Numbered from the stretch's first letter, positions 25,448 through 36,339 are shown. The stretch is DNA of 64,000 nt from an uncultured Chloroflexia bacterium (GCA_963813535.1 CAWEZH010000003.1:832001-896000), one strand, 5' to 3'. A program made the numbers and translations. Notes: generated by a model from the sequence alone, not told the origin.

Positions 25448-26553
25448 CGGTCTTCGGCCAGCGGGAGGCGGCGCCCTTGTACGCAGACCAGTTCGAGATC
25501 TACCACGGGAATGCCAACCCTGAGCTGGCGCGCAAGATCGCCAGCTATCTCGGCTCGGAGTGCGGCAAGGCCGAGGTCTTCCAGTTCGCGAACGAGAACA
25601 TCTTCGTCAAGATCCTCGACAACGTCCGCGAGAAGGACGTCTTCCTGGTGCAGCCGACGTCGCACCCGGTCAACCAGTCGATCATGGAGCTGCTGATCAT
25701 GATCGACGCCTTCAAGCGCGCGTCGGCCGGCCGGATCACCGCCGTCATCCCGTTCTACGCGTACGGTCGGTCCGATAAGAAGGACCAGCCGCGCGTGCCG
25801 ATCACGGCCCGGCTCATCGCCGACATGATCACCGTCGCCGGTGCCGATCGCGTCCTGTCGATGGACCTCCACCAGGGCCAGATCCAGGGCTTCTTCAACA
25901 TCCCGGTCGACGAGCTCACCGCCGTCCACATGCTCTCGAACTACTTCATCAACAAGCACATCGACGACTGCGTCGTCGTGACCGACCTCGGCTTCGCCAA
26001 GCGTGCCCGGGCGTTCGCCGAGATCCTCGACGCCCCGCTGGCGATCATCGAGAAGCGCCGCGTCGGCAACCTGGACCGGGCCGAGCTGATGAACGTCATC
26101 GGTGAGGTCAAGGGCAGGCGGGCGATCATCGTCGACGACGAGATCGACACTGCCGGGACGCTCATCGAGGTCGTCCGGGCGCTCGAGCGCGAGGGCGTGA
26201 CCGAGATGTATGCCTGCGCCACGCACGGCGTGCTGAGCGACCCGGCCATCGAGCGCATCCGTGACAGCGCGTTGCGCGAAGTCGTCATCACGGACTCGAT
26301 CCCCTTGCCCGCGGCCAAGCGCCTGCCGAAGATCACCGTTCTGTCGGTCGCGCCACTCATCGGCGAGGCGATCAAGCGCATCCATCGCGGCGAATCGGTC
26401 GGGGCGCTGTTCTCGAGCGAGGTGTCGTTCACCCAGGAGATGCTCCTCTGGGACGAGGGCGCTGAGGGGCCGGCTGGCTCGTCTGGTGCGGACGGCGACG
26501 AGGAGCCTTCACTACCGGACGCTCTGGCCGCAGCGGTACCATCCGAGCGATGA
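25444..26553 (+). CDS. prs: Ribose-phosphate pyrophosphokinase
   Basis: [35 protein letters not shown]. Confidence 0.95.
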   Translation: MTVFGQREAAPLYADQFEIYHGNANPELARKIASYLGSECGKAEVFQFANENIFVKILDNVREKDVFLVQPTSHPVNQSIMELLIMIDAFKRASAGRITAVIPFYAYGRSDKKDQPRVPITARLIADMITVAGADRVLSMDLHQGQIQGFFNIPVDELTAVHMLSNYFINKHIDDCVVVTDLGFAKRARAFAEILDAPLAIIEKRRVGNLDRAELMNVIGEVKGRRAIIVDDEIDTAGTLIEVVRALEREGVTEMYACATHGVLSDPAIERIRDSALREVVITDSIPLPAAKRLPKITVLSVAPLIGEAIKRIHRGESVGALFSSEVSFTQEMLLWDEGAEGPAGSSGADGDEEPSLPDALAAAVPSER

Positions 26554-26798
26554 CGCTCCAGCTGCACCGGCGGGACGAGGAGGGCGAGCTCGAGGCGCGC
26601 CCGTCGGAACCCGACTGGCAGGCCCAGCTCCGCTCGCCGTTGTGGGGCACGCGCCTTCGTCGCAAGCGACTGCCGAACCTCAAGAACAGCGAGATGAACC
26701 CGACGCCCACGTTCATCGCGATCCTGTTCTGGGTCGGCCTTGCGGTCGCCACGTTCGTGCTGCTGGTCATCGGTTACGGAACGAGGTTCTGGGGCTAG
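26550..26798 (+). CDS. Small hypothetical protein with C-terminal TM helix
   Basis: ATGA overlap with the prs stop; GC-biased third positions; hydrophobic FIAILFWVGLAVATFVLLVIGY. Confidence 0.65.
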   Translation: MTLQLHRRDEEGELEARPSEPDWQAQLRSPLWGTRLRRKRLPNLKNSEMNPTPTFIAILFWVGLAVATFVLLVIGYGTRFWG

Positions 26799-26862
26799 CG
26801 GGCTGACCGCGCCAGGCCGCTGAACAGGGAAACGGCCCCAGTCCGCCTATACTCAGGCTCCC

Positions 26863-29853
26863 ATGAAGTTCCTTTCCCGTTTCGTCGACTCGAACGACCG
26901 TGAGCTGCGTCGGATCCAGCCCTGGGTCGAGGAGGCCAACGCGCTCGAGGCCGAATTCGAGGGCCTGTCCGACGAAGAGATCCGTACCCAGTTCGCCGAG
27001 ATCCGCGACGAGGTCCGCGCGAGCGTCCAGCCCGAGGAGCCGTCCGACGACGAGCTCCATCACGAGGACCTGGAACGCCGTCGCGAGCTGACCAAGGCGC
27101 GTCGCAAGCGCGAGAACGAGCGGCTCCAGAAGGCCCTCGACGACGTGCTGCCCGAGGTCTTCGCGATGACGCGCGAAGCCATGAAGCGGACGCTCGACAT
27201 GCGCCACTTCGACGTCCAGCTCATCGGCGGAGCCGTCCTCCACCAGGGCCGGATCGCCGAGATGCGGACAGGCGAGGGCAAGACGCTCGTCGCACCGCTC
27301 GCGGCGATCCTCAATTCGCTGGCGGGCCACGGCGTTCACATCGTGACGGTCAACGATTACCTCGCCCGGCGCGATCCGCAGTGGATGGGCCCGATCTACC
27401 ACTTCCTCGGCGTGAGCGTCGGCATGATCCTCGGGCAGCAGTCCGACGGCGGGCCGGCGTCCTACGTGTTCGAGCCCGGATACCCGACGACCGATGAGCG
27501 GCTGATCAACCTGCGCCCGGTCGACCGCGCGGCGGCCTATGCCGCCGACGTGACGTACGGCACCAACAACGAGTTCGGGTTCGACTACCTGCGCGACAAC
27601 ATGGTCGTGGAGCTCAACCAGCGCGTGCAGCGCGAGCGGAGCTTCGGCATCGTCGACGAGGTCGACAACATCCTCATCGACGAGGCGCGCACGCCGCTGA
27701 TCATCTCCGGTCAGGCCGAGGAATCGGCGGACCTGTACTTCACGTTCGCCCGTCTCGTGCCGCGCCTCAAGGAGCGGCCCGAGGGCGCCGAGGAGGGCGG
27801 CGACTACTACATCGACCTCAAGGACCGCGCGGTGAGCTCCACCGAGGAGGGCGTCCACAAGATGGAGGGCTTCCTCGGCGTCGACAACATGTACGACGCC
27901 GATCCGCGGCTGGCCCGCCACTTCGACCAGGCGCTGCGCGCCCACGCGCTGTACAAGCGCGACCGGGACTACATCGTCAAGGACGGCGAGATCATCATCG
28001 TCGACGAGTTCACGGGCCGGCAGATGCCCGGACGGCGCTGGAGCGAGGGCCTGCATCAGGCGATCGAGGCCAAGGAGGGTCTGCGCGTCCAGCGCGAGAG
28101 CGTGACCCTCGCCACGATCACGTTCCAGAACTACTTCCGCCTCTACGACAAGCTGGCCGGCATGACCGGCACCGCGATGACCGAGGCCGAGGAGTTCCAC
28201 AAGATCTACAACCTCGAAGTCGTGGCGATCCCGACCCACCGCGACATGGTCCGGACCGACGAGGCCGATCTCGTGTTCCGTGATGAGAAGGCGAAGTTCA
28301 ACGCCCTGATCGACGAGGTCGCCGAGATGCAGGAGGCGGGCCGCCCGGTGCTCGTCGGCACGGTCAGCGTCGAGAAGTCCGAGATCCTGTCGGCGATGCT
28401 CAAGCGCCGGGGCATCAAGCACGAGACCCTCAACGCCAAGTTCCACGAGAAGGAGTCCGGGATCGTCGCCCAGGCCGGGCGCACCGGTTCGGTGACCATC
28501 GCCACGAACATGGCCGGCCGCGGCACCGACATCCTGCTCGGCGGCAATCCGGCGGGCCTCGCCTCGGAGGCGCTCCATCGCAAGGGCCTCAATCCGGCCG
28601 AGGTGGAGGACGAGATCTACCAGGGCGCCCTCGCCGACGCACGCGAGCTGACCGAGGAGGACCACGCCCAGGTCGTCGACGCCGGTGGGCTGCACATCAT
28701 CGGCACCGAGCGACATGAGTCACGCCGCATCGACAACCAGCTCCGCGGCCGTGCTGGTCGTCAGGGTGACCCGGGATCGTCGCGGTTCTACCTGTCGCTC
28801 GACGACGACCTGATGAAGCGCTTCGCGTCTGACCGGGTGACGGGCCTCATGGAGCGGCTCGGCCTCGAGGAGGACGTGGCGATCGAATCGCGTCTCGTGT
28901 CGAAGACGATCGAGAGTGCCCAGAGTCGAGTCGAGGGCTACAACTTCGACATCCGCAAGCGCGTCGTCGAGTTCGACGACGTCATCAATAAGCAGCGCGA
29001 GACGATCTATGCCGAGCGCGACAAGGTCCTCAAGAACGAGGACCTGACCGACACGGTCCGCGCCTTCCTCGACGAGGAGATCGACGCGCTCGTCGATGGC
29101 CACCTTTCCGGGGAGGACCCCGACGGCTGGGACGTCGAGGGGCTGTCGACCGCGCTCACCGCGATGGGCCTCGGCGGTGAGGCGACCTCGGCCGACACGC
29201 TCTGGGACCAGGGCGGTCGCGAGTCGGTCGGCGAGTACCTCCGCGAGATCGCCGACGAGCGGCTAGCCGCACGCGAGGCCGAGGTCGGCGAGGAGCACTG
29301 GGCCGTGGCCGAGCGGATCGTGCTGCTACGGACGATCGACTCGCTGTGGGTCGAGCACCTGACCGAGGTCGACGACATGCGCCGCGGCATCGGGCTGCGC
29401 GGCTATGCCCAACAGGACCCGCTCAACGAGTTCCGCCGCGAGGCGTACCGGATGTACGAGGAGCTGCGCGACCTGATCCGCCACGGGGTCGCGTCGGCCA
29501 TCTTCCGCGTCACCATCCAGAGCGAGCCACCGCCCGACGCCGCCCGAACCCTGCCCGGTCCGGGCCAGCCGTCGCGCCCCGATGGCACGAACGGCGCGTC
29601 GACGCCAACACAGACGCGCGTGCCGGCGGCTGCCGGGGCGGGTTCGGCCGTCGCAGGCGGGTCGGCTGCGGCCGGGTCGGCGATCCTCGATGTCCGCGAG
29701 TCGCGCGGTGACCAGACGGTGGTCGGCGGGAATGGCGCCGGGGCGTCGGGCGGTGTCCGGCCGGGGTACACTCCGGCCGGGGCGCGCATCGGCCGCAACG
29801 ATCCGTGCTGGTGTGGTTCCGGGGCCAAGTACAAGAAGTGCCACGGCCGCTGA
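26863..29853 (+). CDS. secA: Preprotein translocase ATPase SecA
   Basis: MRTGEGKT, DEVD, GMTGTA, NMAGRGTDI, QLRGRAGRQGDPG, SEC-C CWCGSGAKYKKCH. Confidence 0.98.
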   Translation: MKFLSRFVDSNDRELRRIQPWVEEANALEAEFEGLSDEEIRTQFAEIRDEVRASVQPEEPSDDELHHEDLERRRELTKARRKRENERLQKALDDVLPEVFAMTREAMKRTLDMRHFDVQLIGGAVLHQGRIAEMRTGEGKTLVAPLAAILNSLAGHGVHIVTVNDYLARRDPQWMGPIYHFLGVSVGMILGQQSDGGPASYVFEPGYPTTDERLINLRPVDRAAAYAADVTYGTNNEFGFDYLRDNMVVELNQRVQRERSFGIVDEVDNILIDEARTPLIISGQAEESADLYFTFARLVPRLKERPEGAEEGGDYYIDLKDRAVSSTEEGVHKMEGFLGVDNMYDADPRLARHFDQALRAHALYKRDRDYIVKDGEIIIVDEFTGRQMPGRRWSEGLHQAIEAKEGLRVQRESVTLATITFQNYFRLYDKLAGMTGTAMTEAEEFHKIYNLEVVAIPTHRDMVRTDEADLVFRDEKAKFNALIDEVAEMQEAGRPVLVGTVSVEKSEILSAMLKRRGIKHETLNAKFHEKESGIVAQAGRTGSVTIATNMAGRGTDILLGGNPAGLASEALHRKGLNPAEVEDEIYQGALADARELTEEDHAQVVDAGGLHIIGTERHESRRIDNQLRGRAGRQGDPGSSRFYLSLDDDLMKRFASDRVTGLMERLGLEEDVAIESRLVSKTIESAQSRVEGYNFDIRKRVVEFDDVINKQRETIYAERDKVLKNEDLTDTVRAFLDEEIDALVDGHLSGEDPDGWDVEGLSTALTAMGLGGEATSADTLWDQGGRESVGEYLREIADERLAAREAEVGEEHWAVAERIVLLRTIDSLWVEHLTEVDDMRRGIGLRGYAQQDPLNEFRREAYRMYEELRDLIRHGVASAIFRVTIQSEPPPDAARTLPGPGQPSRPDGTNGASTPTQTRVPAAAGAGSAVAGGSAAAGSAILDVRESRGDQTVVGGNGAGASGGVRPGYTPAGARIGRNDPCWCGSGAKYKKCHGR

Positions 29854-29857
29854 TCGG

Positions 29858-30463
29858 CTGAGGCATCCGTGCGCGCTCATCGCTCGACTCTTCGTCGCGG
29901 GTCTGATCGCCGCAGTCGCGCTCGCCGGCTATGCGGCGTACCGGATCTGGGACCAGGGCAATCGCGACGAGCGGCCGTCGGCGGACGTCATCGTCGTGAT
30001 GGGCGCGGCGCAGTACGACGGGCGTCCGTCCCCCGTGTTCGCGGCCCGGCTCGACCACGCCATCGACCTGTACCACGAGGGCGTCGCGCCGCGGCTCATC
30101 GTGACCGGCGGCAAGCGCGAGGGCGATCGCACGACCGAGGCCGACAGCGCCCGGATCTATGCCGTCCAGCACGACGTCCCCAACGAGGTGATCCTCAGCG
30201 AGGACCAGAGCCGGACGACGCTCCAGTCGATCCGCGGCGTGGCGGGATTGATGCGCGATGCGGGCTTCGAGACGGCGGTGTTCGTGTCGGACCCGAGCCA
30301 CATGCTGCGTGTCCTGCGGATGGCCTCGGATGAAGGCATCGCGGCCTACGGCTCGCCGACCCGCACCAGTCCGCTCGAGCACGATGCCGTGAGGCGAGTC
30401 GACGCGATCGTCCACGAGCTCGCGGCGCTGGCGGTGTACTTCGTGTCCGGCGAGGCGCCCTAG
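29858..30463 (+). CDS. YdcF/DUF218 family protein (start uncertain)
   Basis: N-terminal TM, VVMGAAQY, RLDHA, VTGG, EDQSRTT, SDPSHMLR; no clean in-frame ATG/GTG after the secA stop. Confidence 0.8.
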   Translation: MRHPCALIARLFVAGLIAAVALAGYAAYRIWDQGNRDERPSADVIVVMGAAQYDGRPSPVFAARLDHAIDLYHEGVAPRLIVTGGKREGDRTTEADSARIYAVQHDVPNEVILSEDQSRTTLQSIRGVAGLMRDAGFETAVFVSDPSHMLRVLRMASDEGIAAYGSPTRTSPLEHDAVRRVDAIVHELAALAVYFVSGEAP

Positions 30464-30518
30464 CGTCGGCAGGGGTCGATTCGGGGCCGATCTGCCCGCC
30501 GATTTCGGAACTACCCCC

Positions 30519-30547
30519 TTGGCGCTCGGAGCTTGGCCGCCTATACT
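30519..30547 (+). promoter_or_regulatory. Putative sigma70 promoter for Cys-rich ORF-prfB-GNAT
   Basis: TTGGCG-N17-TATACT. Confidence 0.6.
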
Positions 30548-30641
30548 GGGCCAACCCGCCGATCCCGGACCGCTCGCGTCCACCGGCAGGTCTCCCAGCC
30601 CCGCCCCGCTCGTGCCCAGCGTCGTGAATGGAGGGAGTCCG

Positions 30642-30866
30642 TTGAAGCAGGCCGAGGACGCCGCGTTCGTCGATCTCATCGCGTGTGAGCGCGATTGCCG
30701 GAACTGCAGCTACGCGGCCGCTCTCGACTGCGACGGCAACTGCGGCGTCTGTCCGCACAACAGCTACTGCCCCTGCGTGAACCCCGTCGTCGCCCGAAGC
30801 AAGACGGCGCTGCGGCTCATCGAGCTGCGTCCGATCCTGCTGCAGGATCTCAAGGTCCGGAACTAG
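30642..30866 (+). CDS. 74-aa cysteine-rich hypothetical protein
   Basis: GGAGGGAG RBS then TTG start; 8 Cys (Cx3Cx2C-x7-Cx3Cx2C-x5-CxC); TAG overlaps the prfB GTG. Confidence 0.75.
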   Translation: MKQAEDAAFVDLIACERDCRNCSYAAALDCDGNCGVCPHNSYCPCVNPVVARSKTALRLIELRPILLQDLKVRN

Positions 30867-31997
30867 TGGACGCGTCCGCCGTTCGCGACCTGGCCGAGCG
30901 GATCCGGTCGACCTCGGGGCGCCTTTGACCTCGAGGCGAAACAGGACCGCGTCGCTCAGATCGACGCACTGACCCTCGAGCCCGGGTTCTGGGATGACCA
31001 GCGGGCCGCCCAGAAGGTCCTCCGGGAGGCCGACAGCCTCCGCTCCGAGATCGAGACCTGGCACGGGCTGCTGGCGCGTGCGGAGGATCTGGAAGCCGCG
31101 GTCGAGCTCCTGACCGAATCACCCGACGCGGATCTCGAGACCGAGCTCGCGCGGAACGTGGCGAGCCTGGAGACCGACTTCGGGCGCGAGCGCACGATGT
31201 TGCTCTTCTCGGGCGAGCACGACGAACGCTCGGCGATCCTCACGATCAGTGCCGGCGCGGGCGGCACCGAGGCGACGGACTGGGCCGACATGCTCCTGCG
31301 GATGTACCTCCGCTGGGCCGAGCGCCATCGCTACGCGACCGAGATCATCGACCAGCAGGAAGGCGAGCAGGCCGGTCTCAAGAGCGTGACCGTCGAGGTC
31401 GAGGGGCGCCGTGCATATGGCTGGCTGCGCGCCGAGCGCGGCGTCCATCGACTCGTGCGGATCAGCCCGTTCGACTCGCAGAAGCGGCGCCAGACCACCT
31501 TCGCGCTCGTCGAGATCCTGCCGGAGGCCGACGACGACATCGAGATCGAGCTCGACTGGGACCAGATCCGCGTCGATACGTATCGCTCGCAGGGAGCCGG
31601 CGGCCAGCATGTCAACAAGACCGACTCGGCCGTCCGGCTGACCCACCTGCCGACCAACATCGTCGTGCAGAGTCAGAACGAGCGCTCGCAGACGCAGAAC
31701 AAGGAGAACGCGACCAAGGTGCTCAAGTCCCGCCTGCTCGAACTCGCCCTCGAGGAGAAGGAGGCCGAGCTGCGGGTGCTCAAGGGCGAGCACGTCGAGG
31801 CCGGTTGGGGCAACCAGATCCGCAGCTATGTGCTGCACCCGTACCAGATGGTCAAGGACCTGCGCACCGGGCACGAGACCGGCAACACGACCGCGGTCCT
31901 CGACGGCGACCTGGACGCGTTCATGCAGGCCGAGCTCGAACGCCTGGCCACCGGGGGGGAGTGGCGCGGCAGCGACAGCGAGGGCGACGCGGCGTGA
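30866..31997 (+). CDS. prfB: Peptide chain release factor 2 with programmed +1 frameshift
   Basis: GTG 30866; slippery site GGGG-CGC-CTT-TGA-C at 30916-30929; +1 frame DLEAKQ..PGFWDD; SPF and GGQ motifs. Confidence 0.96.
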
Positions 31998-32962
31998 CCG
32001 CGGGGACCGACCCCGCGATCCGCGACACGCTGACGTACCGGCCGGTCCAGCCCGACGAGCTGGGGGCGTGCGCCGATGTCTGGCGACTGTCGATCAACGA
32101 CTACATCAGCCGCTTGAACCAGCCGCAGGTCGAACCCGAGAGCGGACCGCTGGTTCGCTTGTACGCGCACTTGCACTCGACCGACCCTGACCGGTTCATC
32201 GTCGCGACGCGGCCCGACCCGGACGCGCCCGGCGGGGCGCGGATCGTGGCATTCGCCACGGCCGTCGTGCGGGAGCGCCTGTGGTACCTGTCGATGTGCT
32301 TCGTGCTGCCCGAGGTGCAGGGCAACGGAGTCGGCCGGGCCCTCCTCGATCAGACCGCCCCGCCCGACGACGCTGACACGGTCCGGGCGACCGGCACCGA
32401 CAGTGCCCAGCCGATCAGCAATGCGCTGTATGCCTCGCTCGGGATCGTCCCCCGCGTCCCGCTGCTGAACCTGATCGGGCTCCCGAGCCGGCCCGAGGCG
32501 TTCGGGTCGCTCCCCAGTGGCGTTCGGGCCGTGGCGTTCGATCGGATCGCGACCGACGGCCACGAGCGGCTCGTCGGCATCGTCGACGCCCTCGACCAGG
32601 AGACACTCGGGGTGCGCCACCCGGTCGACCACCGCTACCTGCGCTCCGAGGGGCGCCGCGGCTGGGTCTACCAGGCACCCGATGGCGCGCCACTCGGCTA
32701 CGGCTATGCGACCGAGGCGGGTCGCGTGGGGCCGGTCGCGAGTCGCGATCCCGACCTACTCGCCCCGATCGTCGGACACCTCACGCAGGAGGTCATCCCC
32801 CGCGGGGCGTTCGCCGTGTGGGTGCCAGGGAACGCCGACCGTGTCGTGATCGGTGCGCTCCAGGCGGGCTTCCGGCTCGAACCGTTCCCGGTCCTGCTGT
32901 GCTGGGACCGACCGATGATCGACCTGTCGCGCTACCTTCCGATCTCCCCCGGACTCCTCTAG
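31994..32962 (+). CDS. GNAT family N-acetyltransferase (tandem fold)
   Basis: [16 protein letters not shown] motif A, ALYASLG; GTGA overlap with prfB. Confidence 0.85.
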   Translation: MTAGTDPAIRDTLTYRPVQPDELGACADVWRLSINDYISRLNQPQVEPESGPLVRLYAHLHSTDPDRFIVATRPDPDAPGGARIVAFATAVVRERLWYLSMCFVLPEVQGNGVGRALLDQTAPPDDADTVRATGTDSAQPISNALYASLGIVPRVPLLNLIGLPSRPEAFGSLPSGVRAVAFDRIATDGHERLVGIVDALDQETLGVRHPVDHRYLRSEGRRGWVYQAPDGAPLGYGYATEAGRVGPVASRDPDLLAPIVGHLTQEVIPRGAFAVWVPGNADRVVIGALQAGFRLEPFPVLLCWDRPMIDLSRYLPISPGLL

Positions 32963-33140
32963 ACCCGCCCGGACCGGACCATCGTCCGGGGGTCGGTAGT
33001 CCCCCGGTCACGTTTGCCCACCCGGGGGGCCGGTGATAGCCTCGGGCCCGACGTGGTTCCCGCTGCAGTGCCCGCGGTCGGACCGGACCGAAGAACGTGG
33101 CGAGCGTGATCGCCACCTGCTCCCGCCCGCGGAGACGCCC

Positions 33141-33917
33141 GTGACCATCGCCCCAGCGCCGTCGGCGGCGCGCTCGCTCCGCCGTCGCATCCTCGAACGC
33201 GGCCGCGATCAGGCCATCCCGGATCGGGCCGTGCTCATCCTGCACGACGTCACCAAGCAGTACCCCAACGGCAAGATCGCCCTGCGCGACGTCGACCTCG
33301 TCATCCCCGAGGGCGACTTCGTGTTCCTGGTCGGGCCGTCTGGCGCGGGCAAGTCGACACTGATCAAGCTGCTGATCCGCGACGAGGTGGCCAGTCGCGG
33401 CGAGGTCGTGCTCGATGGCCAGGATCTGGCGCGCCTGCCGCGCCGCCAGGTGCCCCGGATGCGACGCAAGATCGGGATCATCTTCCAGGACTTCAAGCTC
33501 CTGCCAACCAAGACGGTCTGGGAGAACGTGGCGTTCGCGCTCGAGGTCACCGGCTACCCTCGACGGCTCATCCGGCCCGCCGTGGACCGCGTCCTGGCCA
33601 TCGTCGGGCTCACCGCGCAGGCCAGGCAGACGCCGGCCCAGCTGTCGGGTGGCGAGCAGCAGCGCACGGCCATCGCCCGCGCGCTCGTCCACGACCCACG
33701 GCTGATCATCGCCGACGAGCCGACCGGCAACCTCGATCCGCTCATCAGCTGGGAGATCCTGCAGCTGCTGCTGCGTATCAACGAGCTGGGCGTCACGGTG
33801 CTGATGGCGACCCACAACGCCGAGGTCGTCACGGCCCTCCGCAAGCGTGTCGTCGCGCTGGAGGAGGGTCGGATCATCCGCGACGAGGTCGGTGGCGCAT
33901 ACCACCGCGAGGACTGA
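33141..33917 (+). CDS. ftsE: Cell division ATP-binding protein FtsE
   Basis: GPSGAGKST, FQDFKLL, LSGGEQQR, ADEPTGNLD; GGAG RBS before GTG 33141. Confidence 0.93.
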   Translation: MTIAPAPSAARSLRRRILERGRDQAIPDRAVLILHDVTKQYPNGKIALRDVDLVIPEGDFVFLVGPSGAGKSTLIKLLIRDEVASRGEVVLDGQDLARLPRRQVPRMRRKIGIIFQDFKLLPTKTVWENVAFALEVTGYPRRLIRPAVDRVLAIVGLTAQARQTPAQLSGGEQQRTAIARALVHDPRLIIADEPTGNLDPLISWEILQLLLRINELGVTVLMATHNAEVVTALRKRVVALEEGRIIRDEVGGAYHRED

Positions 33918-33923
33918 CCGACC

Positions 33924-34814
33924 GTGCCGGCCTTTCTGTACTTCAGCCTCAAGCGCGCCTGGCAGGGCTTCTGGCGCAACGCCGTCATGAGCCTCGCGGC
34001 GACCGCGACGATGGTGCTGATGCTGCTCCTGCTGGCCGGGTTCTGGATCATCCAGACGGGACTGCTGGCCGGCCTCGAGTTCACCGAGCAGAAGGTCGAG
34101 GTCGTGGCCTACCTCCAGCCCAACGCCACGCAGTCGCAGATCGACGCCCTGGCCGCCGAGATCGGCCGGCGCTCCGACGTTGCGTCGGTCGAGGTCGTCA
34201 CTCGCGACCGGGCGCTCGAGCGGTTCCGCGAGCAGATGGAGGCGCAAGGGCGGTCCGACCTGACCCAGCAGCTCGAAAGCAACCCGCTCTACGCCAGCGT
34301 CGAGGTGAAGCTGAAGGACCCGTCCGCCCTCAAGAAGGTCGGCGACGCACTCGCTCCGTCCGAGCATCCGATCGTGCGCAACGTCATCAACATCGAGGAC
34401 CTGGTCGACCGGCTGTTGACGGTCACCGAGGTCCTGCGCACGGTCGGCACCGCGATCCTCATCGGCGTCGGGCTGATCGCGCTCTTCATCATCATCAATG
34501 CGATCCGCCTCGCCGTCGTCGCCCGGGCCGAGGAGATCGAGATCATGCGCCTGGTCGGCGCGTCCGACGCGTTCATCCGCTGGCCGTTCGTCTTCGAGGG
34601 CGCGTTCGTCGGTTTCCTCGGCGCAGCGGTCACGCTGGCCATCCTGTTCGCGGCGGCCGAGCCACTCAATGGCTTCATGGTCGAGTTCTTCCGGGTGCTG
34701 CCGCTGCAGATCGGATCGTTGACTCGCGACCTCGTGACGCTGGTGATGGGCGCGGGGGTGGGGCTCGGCATCCTGGGCTCGTGGGTGTCGGTCCGAACCT
34801 ACCTGATCCGCTAG
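33924..34814 (+). CDS. ftsX: Cell division permease FtsX
   Basis: EIEIMRLVGA..FIRWPF..EG; 4 TM segments; follows ftsE. Confidence 0.93.
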   Translation: MPAFLYFSLKRAWQGFWRNAVMSLAATATMVLMLLLLAGFWIIQTGLLAGLEFTEQKVEVVAYLQPNATQSQIDALAAEIGRRSDVASVEVVTRDRALERFREQMEAQGRSDLTQQLESNPLYASVEVKLKDPSALKKVGDALAPSEHPIVRNVINIEDLVDRLLTVTEVLRTVGTAILIGVGLIALFIIINAIRLAVVARAEEIEIMRLVGASDAFIRWPFVFEGAFVGFLGAAVTLAILFAAAEPLNGFMVEFFRVLPLQIGSLTRDLVTLVMGAGVGLGILGSWVSVRTYLIR

Positions 34815-34965
34815 CCCCAGGTGGCCGTCGACCCGCCGTGGGTCGCCCCCTTCGGCCGTACCTTCGGACACTGGGACCCGTTTCGCGACCCGGTGTACAT
34901 TCACCTCCTCAGTCGCGCCCGTCATCCATCATCTGCTCGACTCGAGGGGGAATCCGCATACCGCC

Positions 34966-36297
34966 ATGCACGCTACGGAGCTCGATCCACCAGATCGGCA
35001 GGCGGTCTCCGTCGCGCCGGTCGAGGGCACGCTGACCACCTCTCGCCGGTCGCGCGCACCGATCATCACGGTCGCCGTGTCCGTGATCGCGCTGCTGTCG
35101 GGCAGCGCGTTGTTCCTGAGCGGCTATTCCATGGGCCGTCAGAGCGCCGTCGAACCGGGCACGCCGGGCGACGAGGGGATGGCATTCCAGCCGTTCTGGG
35201 ACACCTACCACACCATCCAGGACCGCTACGCCGGTAGCGAGGTCGACCGCGGCGTCGTCGTCCAGGGCGCCATCCGCGGGATGATCGACTCGCTCGAGGA
35301 CCCGTACTCGTCCTACCTGACCTCCGACCAGTACCGCTCCAGCCTGCAGGGCATCAGTGGTCGGTTCGAGGGGATCGGCGCCGAGATCGCCACGCAGGCG
35401 TCCGACGGGACGCAGGGCTGCGCGACACTCGGCCCGACATGCCGGCTGGTGATCATCGCGCCGATCGGCGGCTCGCCGGCGGAGAAGGCCGGGATCCTGC
35501 CGGGCGACCTCGTCCTCGCCACCGACGGCGTCCCGCTCGATGGCCTGACCGTCGATGCGGCCCGTGAACGGATGCGCGGCCCCAAGGACACATCGGTCGA
35601 GCTATCCATCAAGCGCGGGGGAGACGACCCGTTCAAGCTCCGCGTCGTCCGCGACGTCATCCAAGAGCGCGAAGTCGAATTGCGCGAGCTGGTCGACGGG
35701 CGGGTCGGCTATCTCCACCTGGAAGGCTTCTCGGACCAGGCCGCCGCGGACCTCGCCACCGCCGTCAAGGCGCATGTGGACGCCGGCCGGCGGATGCTCA
35801 TCCTCGACCTGCGCGGCAACCCTGGCGGCTACGTGACCGCGGCACGCGCCGTCGCCAGCCAGTTCATCGCCTCCGGGCCGATCTTCTGGGAGCAGGACGC
35901 GAAGGGCGGCCGGATCGCGACCGAGGCGATCCCCGGCGGCTACGCGACGGATCCGGCGATCCGCGTCGTCTGCCTGATCGACCGTGGCAGCGCCTCGGCG
36001 AGTGAGATCGTCGCGGCGGCACTCCAGGACAGCGGCCGGGCGACGCTCGTCGGGCAGCGCTCGTTCGGGAAGGGCACCGTCCAGCAGTGGCAGGAGCTCG
36101 CCGGCGAAGGCGGGGCATTCCGGTTGACCATCGCGAAATGGCTGACCCCGGACACGCGCTGGATCCACAACATCGGGATCGAGCCGGACGTCACCGTCGA
36201 GGTGCCGGCGACGCTCGGTCCGGGCGAGGATCCGATCCTCGCCGAGGCGCTCGACGTGGTCGGCGCCGGCGAGCGACTGCCGGTCGGGGGGCCGTGA
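34966..36297 (+). CDS. S41 family carboxyl-terminal protease (CtpA-like, PDZ)
   Basis: DPYSSY, FEGIG, DLRGNPGG, SASASEI, GKGTVQ. Confidence 0.93.
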   Translation: MHATELDPPDRQAVSVAPVEGTLTTSRRSRAPIITVAVSVIALLSGSALFLSGYSMGRQSAVEPGTPGDEGMAFQPFWDTYHTIQDRYAGSEVDRGVVVQGAIRGMIDSLEDPYSSYLTSDQYRSSLQGISGRFEGIGAEIATQASDGTQGCATLGPTCRLVIIAPIGGSPAEKAGILPGDLVLATDGVPLDGLTVDAARERMRGPKDTSVELSIKRGGDDPFKLRVVRDVIQEREVELRELVDGRVGYLHLEGFSDQAAADLATAVKAHVDAGRRMLILDLRGNPGGYVTAARAVASQFIASGPIFWEQDAKGGRIATEAIPGGYATDPAIRVVCLIDRGSASASEIVAAALQDSGRATLVGQRSFGKGTVQQWQELAGEGGAFRLTIAKWLTPDTRWIHNIGIEPDVTVEVPATLGPGEDPILAEALDVVGAGERLPVGGP

Positions 36298-36339
36298 CCC
36301 ACGGCGTCACATGGCGTTCGTCCCGCCTTGACGGTGTCC

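Noticed and set aside
26767-28716. Long antisense ORFs (also 15078-16991, 32793-34925, 48879-50780, 50674-52515)
   Set aside because: Shadow frames of well-conserved genes in high-GC DNA; no motifs recognised
30916-30929. prfB internal stop as a novelty or pseudogene
   Set aside because: Classical RF2 autoregulatory +1 frameshift (CTT TGA C)
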